Below are positions 15,982 to 24,512 of a stretch of 64,000 nt of DNA, piece after piece (position 1 is the first letter of the stretch; each line of letters begins with the position of its first letter). The notes under the pieces were generated by a model that saw nothing but the letters and a program-made list of their open reading frames with translations, ran no database searches and had not been told where the DNA came from. The DNA lies in NCBI GenBank assembly GCA_045863395.1, contig BTVJ01000014.1:52472-116471 (forward strand). The letters are read 5' to 3'. The DNA is from Myxococcales bacterium (GTDB taxonomy: Bacteria > Myxococcota_A > UBA9042 > JABWCM01 > BTVJ01). Made by a program: the position numbers and the translations under genes.

Positions 15982-17018
15982 TATGCACCCTCCGTCACGA
16001 GGACCACCTTGCCGAACACCTCCCGCGCCTCCAGCAGGCGGTGGGCCTCTGCGGCATCGGCCAGCGGCAGGACCCGGTCGATGATCGGCCGGAGCCGACC
16101 CGCCGCGAGGTGCCCCAAGACCTCGACGAGCTCCCCCTTGCTGCCCATGGTGGAGCCCAGGATGCTCAAGGACTTGAAGAACACCTGCCGCAGGTTGAGG
16201 CCGACGTCGGCCCCCGTGGTCGCGCCGCAGGTGACCAGGCGGCCGTGCCACGCCAGGGAGCGCACGCTCCCCGCCCAGGTGGCGGCGCCCACGTGCTCGA
16301 CCACCACGTCCACGCCCCGCCTGCCCGTCAGGTCGCGGACGGCGGCAGCGAAGTCCTGGCGCCCCGTGTCGAGCACGTGATCGGCCCCCAGCTCGGCGGC
16401 CCGCTGGCACTTCGCGGCGCTGCTCGCGGTGGTGATCACGGTGGCCCCCCACAGCTTCGCGATCTGGATGGCCGCGCTCCCGACCCCGCTGCCCGCCGCG
16501 TGGACCAGGACGGTCTCCCCGGGGCGGATGGCCGCGCGCGAGACGAGCATGTGCCACGCCGTCAGGAAGGTGATGGGGACGGCGGCGGCCTGCTCGAACG
16601 TCAGCGCCGCCGGGAGAGCCAGGACGTTCTGGCGCGGCACCACGATGAAGTCGGCGGCGCCCCCGTCCCGGTGCTCTCCGAGGAGGCCGTAGGTCCGGCA
16701 CTGGTTGTCGCGCCCCGAGAGGCAGGCGGCGCACGAGCCGCAGCTCACGCCCGGGGCCAGGACGACCCGGTCACCGGCGGAGAGGCCCGCCGCCCCAGCC
16801 CCGACGGCGTCCACGATCCCGGCCACGTCGCTCCCCAGGATCAGCGGCAGCGGAAAGGTGTGGCCGGGCACGCCGCGGCGCACCCAGGTGTCCAGGTGGT
16901 TCGCGCCGACCGCGCGGACGGCGACGCGCACCTCGCCGGGACCTGGCTCCGGCGTCGGGATGTCTTCGCAGCTCAGGGCGTCGAGCCCACCGTGCGCTCG
17001 CACGAGCACTGCCTTCAT
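15981..17018 (-). CDS. zinc-type alcohol dehydrogenase / quinone oxidoreductase (MDR family)
   Basis: Start MKAVLVRAHGG at 17018 after AAGGAGGA. GSDVAGIVDAVG, CGSCAACLSGRDNQC, VLVHAAGSGVGSAAIQIAK. Confidence 0.85.
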   Translation of the reverse strand: MKAVLVRAHGGLDALSCEDIPTPEPGPGEVRVAVRAVGANHLDTWVRRGVPGHTFPLPLILGSDVAGIVDAVGAGAAGLSAGDRVVLAPGVSCGSCAACLSGRDNQCRTYGLLGEHRDGGAADFIVVPRQNVLALPAALTFEQAAAVPITFLTAWHMLVSRAAIRPGETVLVHAAGSGVGSAAIQIAKLWGATVITTASSAAKCQRAAELGADHVLDTGRQDFAAAVRDLTGRRGVDVVVEHVGAATWAGSVRSLAWHGRLVTCGATTGADVGLNLRQVFFKSLSILGSTMGSKGELVEVLGHLAAGRLRPIIDRVLPLADAAEAHRLLEAREVFGKVVLVTEGA

Positions 17019-17140
17019 GGGCGTCCTCCTTGGCGGAGCCGGGGCCGGATTGTAGCGAGGCGGGCGCCAGCGCGCCACCGTCGCGGACTTGTGTCGATGC
17101 CCCCCTTCCGGTGGAAGGCGACAGGTGCTATGGTGAGATC

Positions 17141-17340
17141 ACATGCGGCACCCTGCAGGGTGCGAGAAGGGCGCAAAAAGCTTGAGTCCCTGACAATTAG
17201 AACGGAGTCTGTCCCTGGCCGTGGTGTGCATGCCCGCCTTCGTAGCGGGAAGCCTGAAGCGGCCGACGCAATGGGCCCCACCTACACAGGTGTTGGGGTT
17301 CAGCGGAGCGCCTGGACCGGCCCACGTGGGACCGCATGGC
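17141..17340 (+). ncRNA. ssrS: probable 6S RNA
   Basis: No credible ORF. Extended -10 TGcTATGGT at 17126-17134. The 5' CATGCGGCACCC pairs with the 3' GGGACCGCATG (closing stem). Internal blocks resemble E. coli 6S: GAGTCCCTGA (vs CAGUCCCCUGA), GGTGTGCATGCCCGC-loop-GCGGGAAGCCTGAA (vs GGUGAGCAUGCUCGG-loop-CCGAGAAGCCUUAA) and GGGGTTCAGCGG (vs GGGUUCAAGGG). An intrinsic terminator follows. Confidence 0.65.
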
Positions 17341-17372
17341 CGCTGCGTCACCGACGCAGCGGCTTTTTTTTT
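17339..17372 (+). terminator. rho-independent terminator
   Basis: GCCGCTGCGTC-ACC-GACGCAGCGGC (11-bp perfect stem) followed by nine T residues (17364-17372). Confidence 0.85.
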
Positions 17373-17740
17373 CAGTTGAGCACCCGCCCGACGATCTTCA
17401 CCAGCTCGCGGGGGGCGGTGAAGGTGCGCAGCAGCGTCTCGGTGCGGGCCCTCTGCTCCATGACCTTCGGGCCCCACTTCTCGGCGTGCCGGGTCTTCTC
17501 CTCCTGCGACAGGCCGGCGAGCACCTCGTTGCCCTTGCGACGGAAGGTGTCGATCTGCTCCCTGTTGCGGATCTCGTAGTCGGTCAGGGCTTTGAGGGCG
17601 GCCTCGTCGTTGCCCTTGTTCTGGTCGAGGAGGGCGTTGACCTCCATGATCCGGTCGAGGCCGGCCTCGGCGACCCGGTCGGCCTCGGTGCTGCATGCGA
17701 CCAGGAGGATCATCAGGGCGAGGAGTGTGCGTCGGGTCAT
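17372..17740 (-). CDS. small lipoprotein, hypothetical
   Basis: Trimmed to MTRRTLLALMILLVACSTE (lipobox LVAC). Helical remainder. 122 aa. Confidence 0.65.
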   Translation of the reverse strand: MTRRTLLALMILLVACSTEADRVAEAGLDRIMEVNALLDQNKGNDEAALKALTDYEIRNREQIDTFRRKGNEVLAGLSQEEKTRHAEKWGPKVMEQRARTETLLRTFTAPRELVKIVGRVLN

Positions 17741-17805
17741 CTCATGCTCCAGAAACAGAAAACGCCGCCCACGGGTGCGGGCGGCGTCTTCGGTGTCCGG
17801 CGTCG

Positions 17806-17891
<86 letters not shown>

Positions 17892-18009
17892 ATCGGCCAA
17901 CGGCACGCCGCTCGACCGAACGGCGCAGTTTGTATGCCACGCCGCGCGGGATGTCAACAGCAAATGCGCTCGCGCCGGCGCCTCTGCGGACATCGTCGGC
18001 ACCCGCGCT

Positions 18010-18039
18010 TTGACAGCCCGCGCGCTGGCGCCGTAGGAT
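18010..18039 (+). promoter_or_regulatory. sigma70-like promoter TTGACA-N18-TAGGAT for the glycosyltransferase pair
   Basis: TTGACA at 18010-18015 and TAGGAT at 18034-18039. This placement argues for the downstream ATG (18077, GGAGG RBS) as the true start. Confidence 0.45.
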
Positions 18040-18076
18040 GCGCAGCCCCTGGACGTTCCATGCGGAGGCTCAGCAG

Positions 18077-18841
18077 ATGTACCGCGGCATGCGGGTGGCG
18101 GTGGTAGTGCCCGCCTACAACGAGGAGCGGCACGTCGAGCGGACGGTGATGACCGTGCCGCCGTGGGTCGACCTCGTCGTCGTGGTGGACGACGCCAGCA
18201 CCGATGGGACCGCGGCGCGCGTCGAGGGCCTCCGGGACGAGCGCGTGCGACTTCACCGCCGCGCCGTCAACGGGGGGGTCGGCGCGGCGATCCTCGCGGG
18301 GTACGGTCGCGCCGCCGAGCTTGGCGCGGAGGCAGTCGCGGTCATGGCGGGGGACGCCCAGATGGACCCGGCCGAGCTGCCCGCGCTGCTCGACCCGCTG
18401 GCGGACGGCCGCGCCGACTACGTCAAGGGCAACCGCCTCGACCACCCGGAGCTGTGGACCCGCATGCCCAGGGCGCGGGTCATCGGGAACCTGGCGCTGA
18501 GCTGGATCACGCGCTTCGTCGCAGGATACCCGGGGATTTGGGACAGCCAGTGCGGCTACACCGCGATCTCGCGCAGCTTCATCGTGCAGATCGACGCAGA
18601 TCGGCTGTATCCGCGGTACGGCTTCCCCAACGACCTGCTGGCGCACCTGCGGGAGCTGGACGCGCGGGTGGTCGACGTCCCCGTGACCCCCATCTACGGG
18701 GACGAGGCGAGCGGGATCCGCCTCCCCCTCGCCGTGTTCAGCCTGTCGTGGGTCCTCGCCCGCGCCTTCGCCCTGCGCCAGTGGCGCACGCACGTGCGGC
18801 GAGGCGTGCGGGAGCTGCCGGCCCGCGGAGCGACACGGTAG
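18077..18841 (+). CDS. family 2 glycosyltransferase
   Basis: MYRGMRVAVVVPAYNEERHV, VVVVDDASTDGT, AGDAQMDP (DxD-like). The track ORF starts at 18038, which overlaps the putative -10. Confidence 0.85.
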   Translation: MYRGMRVAVVVPAYNEERHVERTVMTVPPWVDLVVVVDDASTDGTAARVEGLRDERVRLHRRAVNGGVGAAILAGYGRAAELGAEAVAVMAGDAQMDPAELPALLDPLADGRADYVKGNRLDHPELWTRMPRARVIGNLALSWITRFVAGYPGIWDSQCGYTAISRSFIVQIDADRLYPRYGFPNDLLAHLRELDARVVDVPVTPIYGDEASGIRLPLAVFSLSWVLARAFALRQWRTHVRRGVRELPARGATR

Positions 18842-18846
18842 GGGCC

Positions 18847-19992
18847 GTGGGCGCCACCGGGGCGGCCCGCCCGCGTCCACTTCGCATCCTCTTGCTCACC
18901 ACGTCGTGGCCGCGGACGCCGGAGGACCCGGCGGGGGTGTTCGTCGCCGAGCAGGTCGCAGTCCTGCGCGCGCGCGGTCACGAGGTGCAGGTCCTCCACC
19001 CGGAGGGGCCCACTCCGGGAGCGCCGCAGCGCGGGGTGCGCGCGGTCCCGTGGCTCCGTCCCCGGCGGCTGCAGCAGCTCGTCGGCGGTCCCGGCGCGCC
19101 GGAGCTGCTGGAGGGCACCCGGCGCGCGTGGGCGATGGCCCCGGCGCTCACAGCGGCGCTCGCCCTCGCGGCGGCCCGCGCGGGACGCCCCGACGCGGTG
19201 ATCTCCCATTGGCTCCTGCCCTGCGGCGCCATCGGGGCGGGGCTCGCTCGGGCTCACGGGGTGCCTCACGTCGCGTTCTGCCACTCGGGTGACCTGTCCC
19301 TGCTGGAGCGTCTCCCCGCCCGGCGGCCGCTGGCCCGCTTCATCGGGGGCCCCGGGACGACGCTCGCCTTCGTCGCCTCCCACCTCCAGCGGCGGTTTGC
19401 GGACCTGGCCCCGGCACGCTCGGTGCTGCTGCCCATGGGTGTCGACGGGAGCCCGGACCCTCGATCGGAGGGTCCGGGAGGGCCCGCCCGCCGCGCCCTG
19501 GTCGTGGCGCGGCTCGTGCCCGTCAAGGGCGTCGATCTCGCGGTCCAGGCGGTGGCGAGGTGCCCCACCCTGAGCCTGACCATCGCCGGCGACGGCCCCG
19601 AGCGGGCCCGCCTGGAGGCGCTCGCGCAGACCGTGGCCCCAGGCCGGGTGCGGTTCCTTGGGACCGTGGCCCCGTCCGTGGTCCGCACCCTCCTCGCGGA
19701 GCATGACGTCCTCCTGGCGCCGTCCCGGGTGCTGCCCGGGGGGCGCACGGAGGGGATGCCGCGCGTGATCCTGGAGGCCCTGGCGGCCGGTCGGCCCGTG
19801 ATCGCCAGCGCCGTTGGCGGTGCGCTTGACCTGGAGGGAGCGCGCGGCCTGACCCTGGTGCCCACGGGCGATCCGGTGCCGTTGGCCGCTGCGCTGGGGG
19901 GGGCGTGCCCACCAGCCGTGCTGCCTGACCACCTCCGCTGGGGGCACCACGGCGACGCGCTGGAGGCCCTGCTCCATGGCGCCGCGCTTTGA
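18847..19992 (+). CDS. family 4 (GT-B) glycosyltransferase
   Basis: Later part of track ORF 18163..19992, from the GTG at 18847. LRILLLTTSWPRTPEDPAGVFV, LVPVKGVDL, RTEGMPRVILEALAAGRPVIAS (E-x7-E region). Confidence 0.8.
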   Translation: MGATGAARPRPLRILLLTTSWPRTPEDPAGVFVAEQVAVLRARGHEVQVLHPEGPTPGAPQRGVRAVPWLRPRRLQQLVGGPGAPELLEGTRRAWAMAPALTAALALAAARAGRPDAVISHWLLPCGAIGAGLARAHGVPHVAFCHSGDLSLLERLPARRPLARFIGGPGTTLAFVASHLQRRFADLAPARSVLLPMGVDGSPDPRSEGPGGPARRALVVARLVPVKGVDLAVQAVARCPTLSLTIAGDGPERARLEALAQTVAPGRVRFLGTVAPSVVRTLLAEHDVLLAPSRVLPGGRTEGMPRVILEALAAGRPVIASAVGGALDLEGARGLTLVPTGDPVPLAAALGGACPPAVLPDHLRWGHHGDALEALLHGAAL

Positions 19993-20125
19993 ATCGCCGG
20001 ACCCGCCCACCCCGGAGCGGGACCTGCGCCACGATTTCGCAGCGTTCTCGCTGGCAAATCGCGGCGTCTTTTGGAATACTCGCGGGCCGCTCGGGCAACA
20101 ACCCCTGAAACGACGGTGAGGACAC

Positions 20126-20233
20126 ATGGGCAAGGGATCGATGACGACGAAGATGAGGCAGCGGATCTCACAGGCCAAGAAGAAGGCGCGCATCAAGAAG
20201 CGCATCACGGTGGCGAAGCCCGGCAGGCGCTGA
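20126..20233 (+). CDS. possible 35-aa lysine/arginine-rich small protein
   Basis: Below the track cutoff. GGTGAGGACAC-ATG, reads MGKGSMTTKMRQRISQAKKKARIKKRITVAKPGRR*. Confidence 0.25.
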   Translation: MGKGSMTTKMRQRISQAKKKARIKKRITVAKPGRR

Positions 20234-20428
20234 GCGCCTCTCCCGGGGTGGCACACCTTCGGGGGCTGACTGGCGGCCGACGTTCGCAGACGCGGGGTGG
20301 GCCTCTGGTTGTGCCTGGCGCGGACCCTGTGGTAGACGGCAGCCTGTACGAGTTTGTGGGGCGCGCCTGGGGGGAGGCCCCTGACGAGGGAGCTCGACGT
20401 GCCCCTGGCGGTCCCGTGCGGAGCAGCG

Positions 20429-21427
20429 ATGAGCGGCGCTGAGAGAAGAGTCTTCCACCGGTATTCGCGGGCGCTGGCCTTCGAGGTGGAGTACCGAGGG
20501 CAGCTCCTGCGCGCCACCACTGTGAACACGAGCACGGGGGGCGCGTTCTTGCGGGCGCCCATGCACCCCGAGGCGGGTGAGCGCCTCACCCTGGTCATCC
20601 GCACCGAGCCGGGCGGCCCCGTGCGCCTGGGCCTCGTGGCGGAGGTGATCCACGTGATGCGCGGGGTGGGGCCGGTGGGCCTGGGCGTCAGGTGGATCGA
20701 GGCCCACAGCGAGGTGGGGTCCGACCAGATCCAGACCTTCCTGGAGCGGGTGCTGGGGATCGCCAAGTGCCAGATCCGCCGAGGGTCGGGGCAGACAGGG
20801 GCCCCCCTATGGGTCTTCACGTTCCCTGACCTGATGACGCGGTCCATGGAGGACGACGCCACGGGCCTCGCCGACCTGCTGGAGCCCGCGCGGCCCGACG
20901 ACGCGGCGGAGGAGGCCGCGGCGGCCCTCGAGATGGAGCAGCAGGAGAAGGCGGCGCGGGACCCGGCGGCGCGCCCCGGCCTCGTCAAGCGGCTGTCCCA
21001 GATCATGCGGCGCGTCACGTCGACGGGCATCCCCGTGCCGCAGGGAGGAGGCTCCGAGAGATCGGACCCCGAGAGACCGGACCCCGAGAGGGCGGATCCG
21101 CCGGGCAAGGTGCTGCCCCTGCCGCTGCTCGTCCGCACGGCGTCGCGCAAGCTCAAGGGCAAGCTGTTCAAGCTGTCGCGCACCACCATGGGCATCGCTG
21201 GGGTCGCCGCGCCGCCGAAGGTCTACGAGCGGGTCACGGTCGCGATGCCCATCCCCGAGAAGCGCAAGTCCGTCGACGTGGTGATCACCGGGTCCGTGAC
21301 GCGGGTCAAGGAGGACGGCACCTTCACGGTGCGGTTCCTGAAGATCGACGAGCAGGGCCACAAGGGCATCTTCCAGGACTACCTGGACCACGTGCTCGGC
21401 AAGGGCGTGCACGGGGACGACGACTGA
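20429..21427 (+). CDS. PilZ-domain protein (one canonical and one degenerate PilZ)
   Basis: Start MSGAERRVFHRY. RVFHR (RxxxR) plus NTSTGG (NxSxxG). The second half has RTASR, but the second motif is degenerate. Confidence 0.7.
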   Translation: MSGAERRVFHRYSRALAFEVEYRGQLLRATTVNTSTGGAFLRAPMHPEAGERLTLVIRTEPGGPVRLGLVAEVIHVMRGVGPVGLGVRWIEAHSEVGSDQIQTFLERVLGIAKCQIRRGSGQTGAPLWVFTFPDLMTRSMEDDATGLADLLEPARPDDAAEEAAAALEMEQQEKAARDPAARPGLVKRLSQIMRRVTSTGIPVPQGGGSERSDPERPDPERADPPGKVLPLPLLVRTASRKLKGKLFKLSRTTMGIAGVAAPPKVYERVTVAMPIPEKRKSVDVVITGSVTRVKEDGTFTVRFLKIDEQGHKGIFQDYLDHVLGKGVHGDDD

Positions 21428-21545
21428 CGATCTTGCCGCCGGAGCTCCATGGGCTGCTGTGCCATCGTCCGCTCAGCCGCCGCGGTCCCCTGGTGCTCGA
21501 TGAGGCCCCCCGCCATGTGGCCACCCCCACACGAGAGAGCAGATC

Positions 21546-24512
21546 ATGAAGGAAGCCAAGGAGGCTGAGCGCATCCTGTCGGGTCGCTACCGCGCCCCTG
21601 CTGCGCGCTCCCTGGGTATCGTGCGGAGGCTCCAGCAGGCTGCCACCGCGGGCGACCTCGACGCCGCCGACCTGCGGGTGCGCCTCGTCAATCACCTGGT
21701 GCGGGAGGACGCCGAGGGGCTGGAGGTCGCGGCGACCGCCGAGGGCATCGAGCTCCACGTGGGCGAGCGGGGGACGCCGTGCCCCGTGCGCCGCGAGGAG
21801 CTGGAGCCGGCCGCGGCGCAGGCGCTGCGCGAGCGCTACGGCATCGACGTGGGCCCGGTCGGGGAGCCGATCCCCGAGGGGCTCTGCGTGCGTCAGCCGT
21901 CGGCGGCGGTGCTCGTCATGGCGGCGGGCCTGGACGGCAGCGCGTGCCTGGCCCGAGCCCGCGAGGCCGGGGACGCCTACGACCTGGAGGCGGCGCTCGG
22001 CTACCTGCGCCTGGCCGTCGCGCGGACCCGCGGCGCGAGGGACGCGGTGGCCGCCCTGTCGCGGCTCCTGGTCGAGACCTATGCCTACTACGACGAGGCC
22101 GTGGAGCTGCTGACCTCGCCGCGGGTGCACCTGGCGGGCGCCCCGGCGCTCACGCGCACGCTGGCCGACGCGCGCTTCCACCTCGGCGACTGGGCAGGGG
22201 CGCGCCCTCTCTACGAGGGCCTCGTCAAGGGGGCGGAGGATCCCGCCGAGGTCCGGCGGCGCGCGGCGGCCTGCGCCATCGGGCTGGGCGACGTCGCTGG
22301 CGCCCTCGCCCACCTCGCCGAGGCGGAGCGGGCGGCCCCGGGCGACCAGCGGACGGCGGAGCTGCGGGCGCGCGCGCAGAGGGGCGCCGAGGGGGCCCTG
22401 GCGGAGGCGCTGGCCGGGGCGCGGGAGGCGCTCCAGGCGGGGGACCTGGCCGCAGCGCAGGCCCAGGCCGACGCGGTGCGGGCGCGGGGGATCGACGGAC
22501 CTGACCTGGTGCGCCTGCTGCGCGACCTCGATGCGGCGCGGCGCGCGGCGCAGGCGGCGGAGCTTCGGGCCCGAGCGAAGGGGAGGGACCGGGAGGCCGC
22601 GGCCCTGCTGCGCCAGGCGCTGGAGCTCCTGCCCCAGGACGGCGATCTGGCCCGCGAGGTAGCGGAGCTGGAGGCGGTCCTCTTGCGCGGGGAGGTCGCC
22701 GAGCTGCTCACGCGGGGCGCCGAGCTGAGCCGCGATGGCGACGCCATGGGCGCCCTGCGAGCGTGGCACCGCGCCGCCAGCCTCGATCCGGGGCTCTCGC
22801 TGGGGGGCGACGCGGACCCGCTCCTGGCCCGCCTCGTCGACTACCTCAGGCACGAGCGGCCCCGGAACCCGGAGCGCGCCTTCGAGGGGCTCCTGGCGCT
22901 CGGACGATCCGAGGCGGCCCTCGCCCGCGGTGAGGGGCGAGCGGCGCTGTCTGCCGGCGAGGACGCAGCGCGGCTTCTGCGCGCCTACCCTGCCGCCGAG
23001 GAGGCCGCGGTGCGAGCGCGGGAGTACGTCCAGGCCCAGGAGCAGGCGCAGGCCCGGGCGCTCCTGGAGGCCGCCGATGACGCCGAGGCCCGGGGGGACC
23101 TGGAGGAGGCTCTCACGAGGATCGAAGCGGTCATCGCGCTCAAGGGGGCGGAGCTCACGGGCGCTGGCGAGCGGCGCAAGGCCCTGCGTGAGAAGCTGGA
23201 ACGCGACCGTCGTGCCCGGGAGCTGCTCGCCCGGGTGCGCAAGCTGGTCGACGACCGGGACGGCTTCCGCGCGCTGCAAGTGCTGGAGCAGGCCCGCGGC
23301 GACCTGGCCGGGCGCCCGGACGCGGCCGCGCTCTTGGAGGCGGCCCACGGGGCCATCGCCGAGCGCTACCCCGTGACGCCCCGCGCGGCGAGCGGTCCGC
23401 CCCCGCTGCCGGGCACCGTGGCGTTCGACGCGGCGCGCCTCGGGGTCGGACCGGTGAGCCCGAAGGACGTGCGCGTGGTCTCCGACGAGGACGGCGACCG
23501 CCTGCTGTTCCTGACGGGCTCGCTCCTGGTGGTGCTCGCCGGAGAGGATCTGAGAGTGCTGGCGGCGGTGGATCTGCCCACCGCCATCCCCTTCGGAGAG
23601 GAGGGGGACGCCATGTTCACGGCGGACATCGACGGTGACCTCCACATCCTCTTCGTCAGCAACGGAGAGCGGGCGCTGACCCGGGTGGTGGTGTCGGCAG
23701 GCGGGGCGCGGGTCACCGCGCGGGTCGACCTGGGGAGCTCCCTCGGATCCAGCGCGGGGACGGTCCGCAGCTACGCCTACGACGCGCCGTCGGGGAACCT
23801 CCTGGTGCTCGAGCTCTCGCGGAGGGCGGCCCGGCAGGAGTCCCGCTTCGTGGCCCTGGACGCGGGCGACGGTCGCCTGCGGTTCCGCGAGACCTACAAC
23901 CAGCCGGTGTTCAACCTGCAGCCGCTGCGCGGCGGCCAGAGGTACACGGCGAGCCGGGTCTACGACCCCCACGCGAGGATGTCGGGGAGCTGGTACCACC
24001 TCGCGGTGCTCGACGCGCGCGGGAAGGCCCAGGAGCGGGTCGCCCTCGCGGGCATCGACGAGGACCCGTACGCCATGCGCCAGACCATGCGGGGCCCGGC
24101 CAGCGAGCGCGTGTTCTGCGAGTACTGGGGCTTCGATCGGTTCACGGGCCAGGTCCGCAGCAGCGGGAGCTCGCTGCTCGTGCTCAAGAAGGACTGGTCC
24201 GTGTTCTTCCAGTCCGCGGACCCGAACCTGCTGCTGGGTGGGAACCGCATCGCATTCGGCTCGATGGGGCTGACCACCGTGGGGGGACAGGAGCGCCTCC
24301 TCGTGCCGTGGCGAGAGCAGGAGGGGAGGACGGGCGTCGGGGTCCTCGACGCCGCCCACATGCGGTGCGTCGGGCATGTGACCATGGAGGCGGGCGTTCA
24401 CATCGGGGCAGTCCGCGCGGATCCGGCCCGGGGGCGGGCGCGGATCGTGACGTTCCGCTCCGGGCAGCCCGGCTTCAAGGTGGAGCCCCTGGACGTGGAG
24501 TCCGCGCGCTGA
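21546..24512 (+). CDS. large hypothetical protein: helical TPR-like N-terminal two-thirds, beta-rich C-terminal third
   Basis: 988-aa ORF with normal composition. Ala/Arg/Glu-rich helical repeats, then VVSDEDGDRLLFL...DIDGDLHILFV...LDAGDGRLRF (propeller-like strands). Confidence 0.7.
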   Translation: MKEAKEAERILSGRYRAPAARSLGIVRRLQQAATAGDLDAADLRVRLVNHLVREDAEGLEVAATAEGIELHVGERGTPCPVRREELEPAAAQALRERYGIDVGPVGEPIPEGLCVRQPSAAVLVMAAGLDGSACLARAREAGDAYDLEAALGYLRLAVARTRGARDAVAALSRLLVETYAYYDEAVELLTSPRVHLAGAPALTRTLADARFHLGDWAGARPLYEGLVKGAEDPAEVRRRAAACAIGLGDVAGALAHLAEAERAAPGDQRTAELRARAQRGAEGALAEALAGAREALQAGDLAAAQAQADAVRARGIDGPDLVRLLRDLDAARRAAQAAELRARAKGRDREAAALLRQALELLPQDGDLAREVAELEAVLLRGEVAELLTRGAELSRDGDAMGALRAWHRAASLDPGLSLGGDADPLLARLVDYLRHERPRNPERAFEGLLALGRSEAALARGEGRAALSAGEDAARLLRAYPAAEEAAVRAREYVQAQEQAQARALLEAADDAEARGDLEEALTRIEAVIALKGAELTGAGERRKALREKLERDRRARELLARVRKLVDDRDGFRALQVLEQARGDLAGRPDAAALLEAAHGAIAERYPVTPRAASGPPPLPGTVAFDAARLGVGPVSPKDVRVVSDEDGDRLLFLTGSLLVVLAGEDLRVLAAVDLPTAIPFGEEGDAMFTADIDGDLHILFVSNGERALTRVVVSAGGARVTARVDLGSSLGSSAGTVRSYAYDAPSGNLLVLELSRRAARQESRFVALDAGDGRLRFRETYNQPVFNLQPLRGGQRYTASRVYDPHARMSGSWYHLAVLDARGKAQERVALAGIDEDPYAMRQTMRGPASERVFCEYWGFDRFTGQVRSSGSSLLVLKKDWSVFFQSADPNLLLGGNRIAFGSMGLTTVGGQERLLVPWREQEGRTGVGVLDAAHMRCVGHVTMEAGVHIGAVRADPARGRARIVTFRSGQPGFKVEPLDVESAR

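Noticed and set aside
17019-17372. tmRNA, RNase P RNA or SRP RNA in the gap before the tRNA-proximal lipoprotein gene
   Set aside because: There is no GGGG...ACCA tRNA-like ends or tag ORF (tmRNA). There is no GGAAAGTCC or AGGGTGAAA-GGTGCGGTAAG blocks (RNase P). There is no GGAAGCAGCC-type domain IV (SRP). The similarity blocks fit 6S RNA instead.
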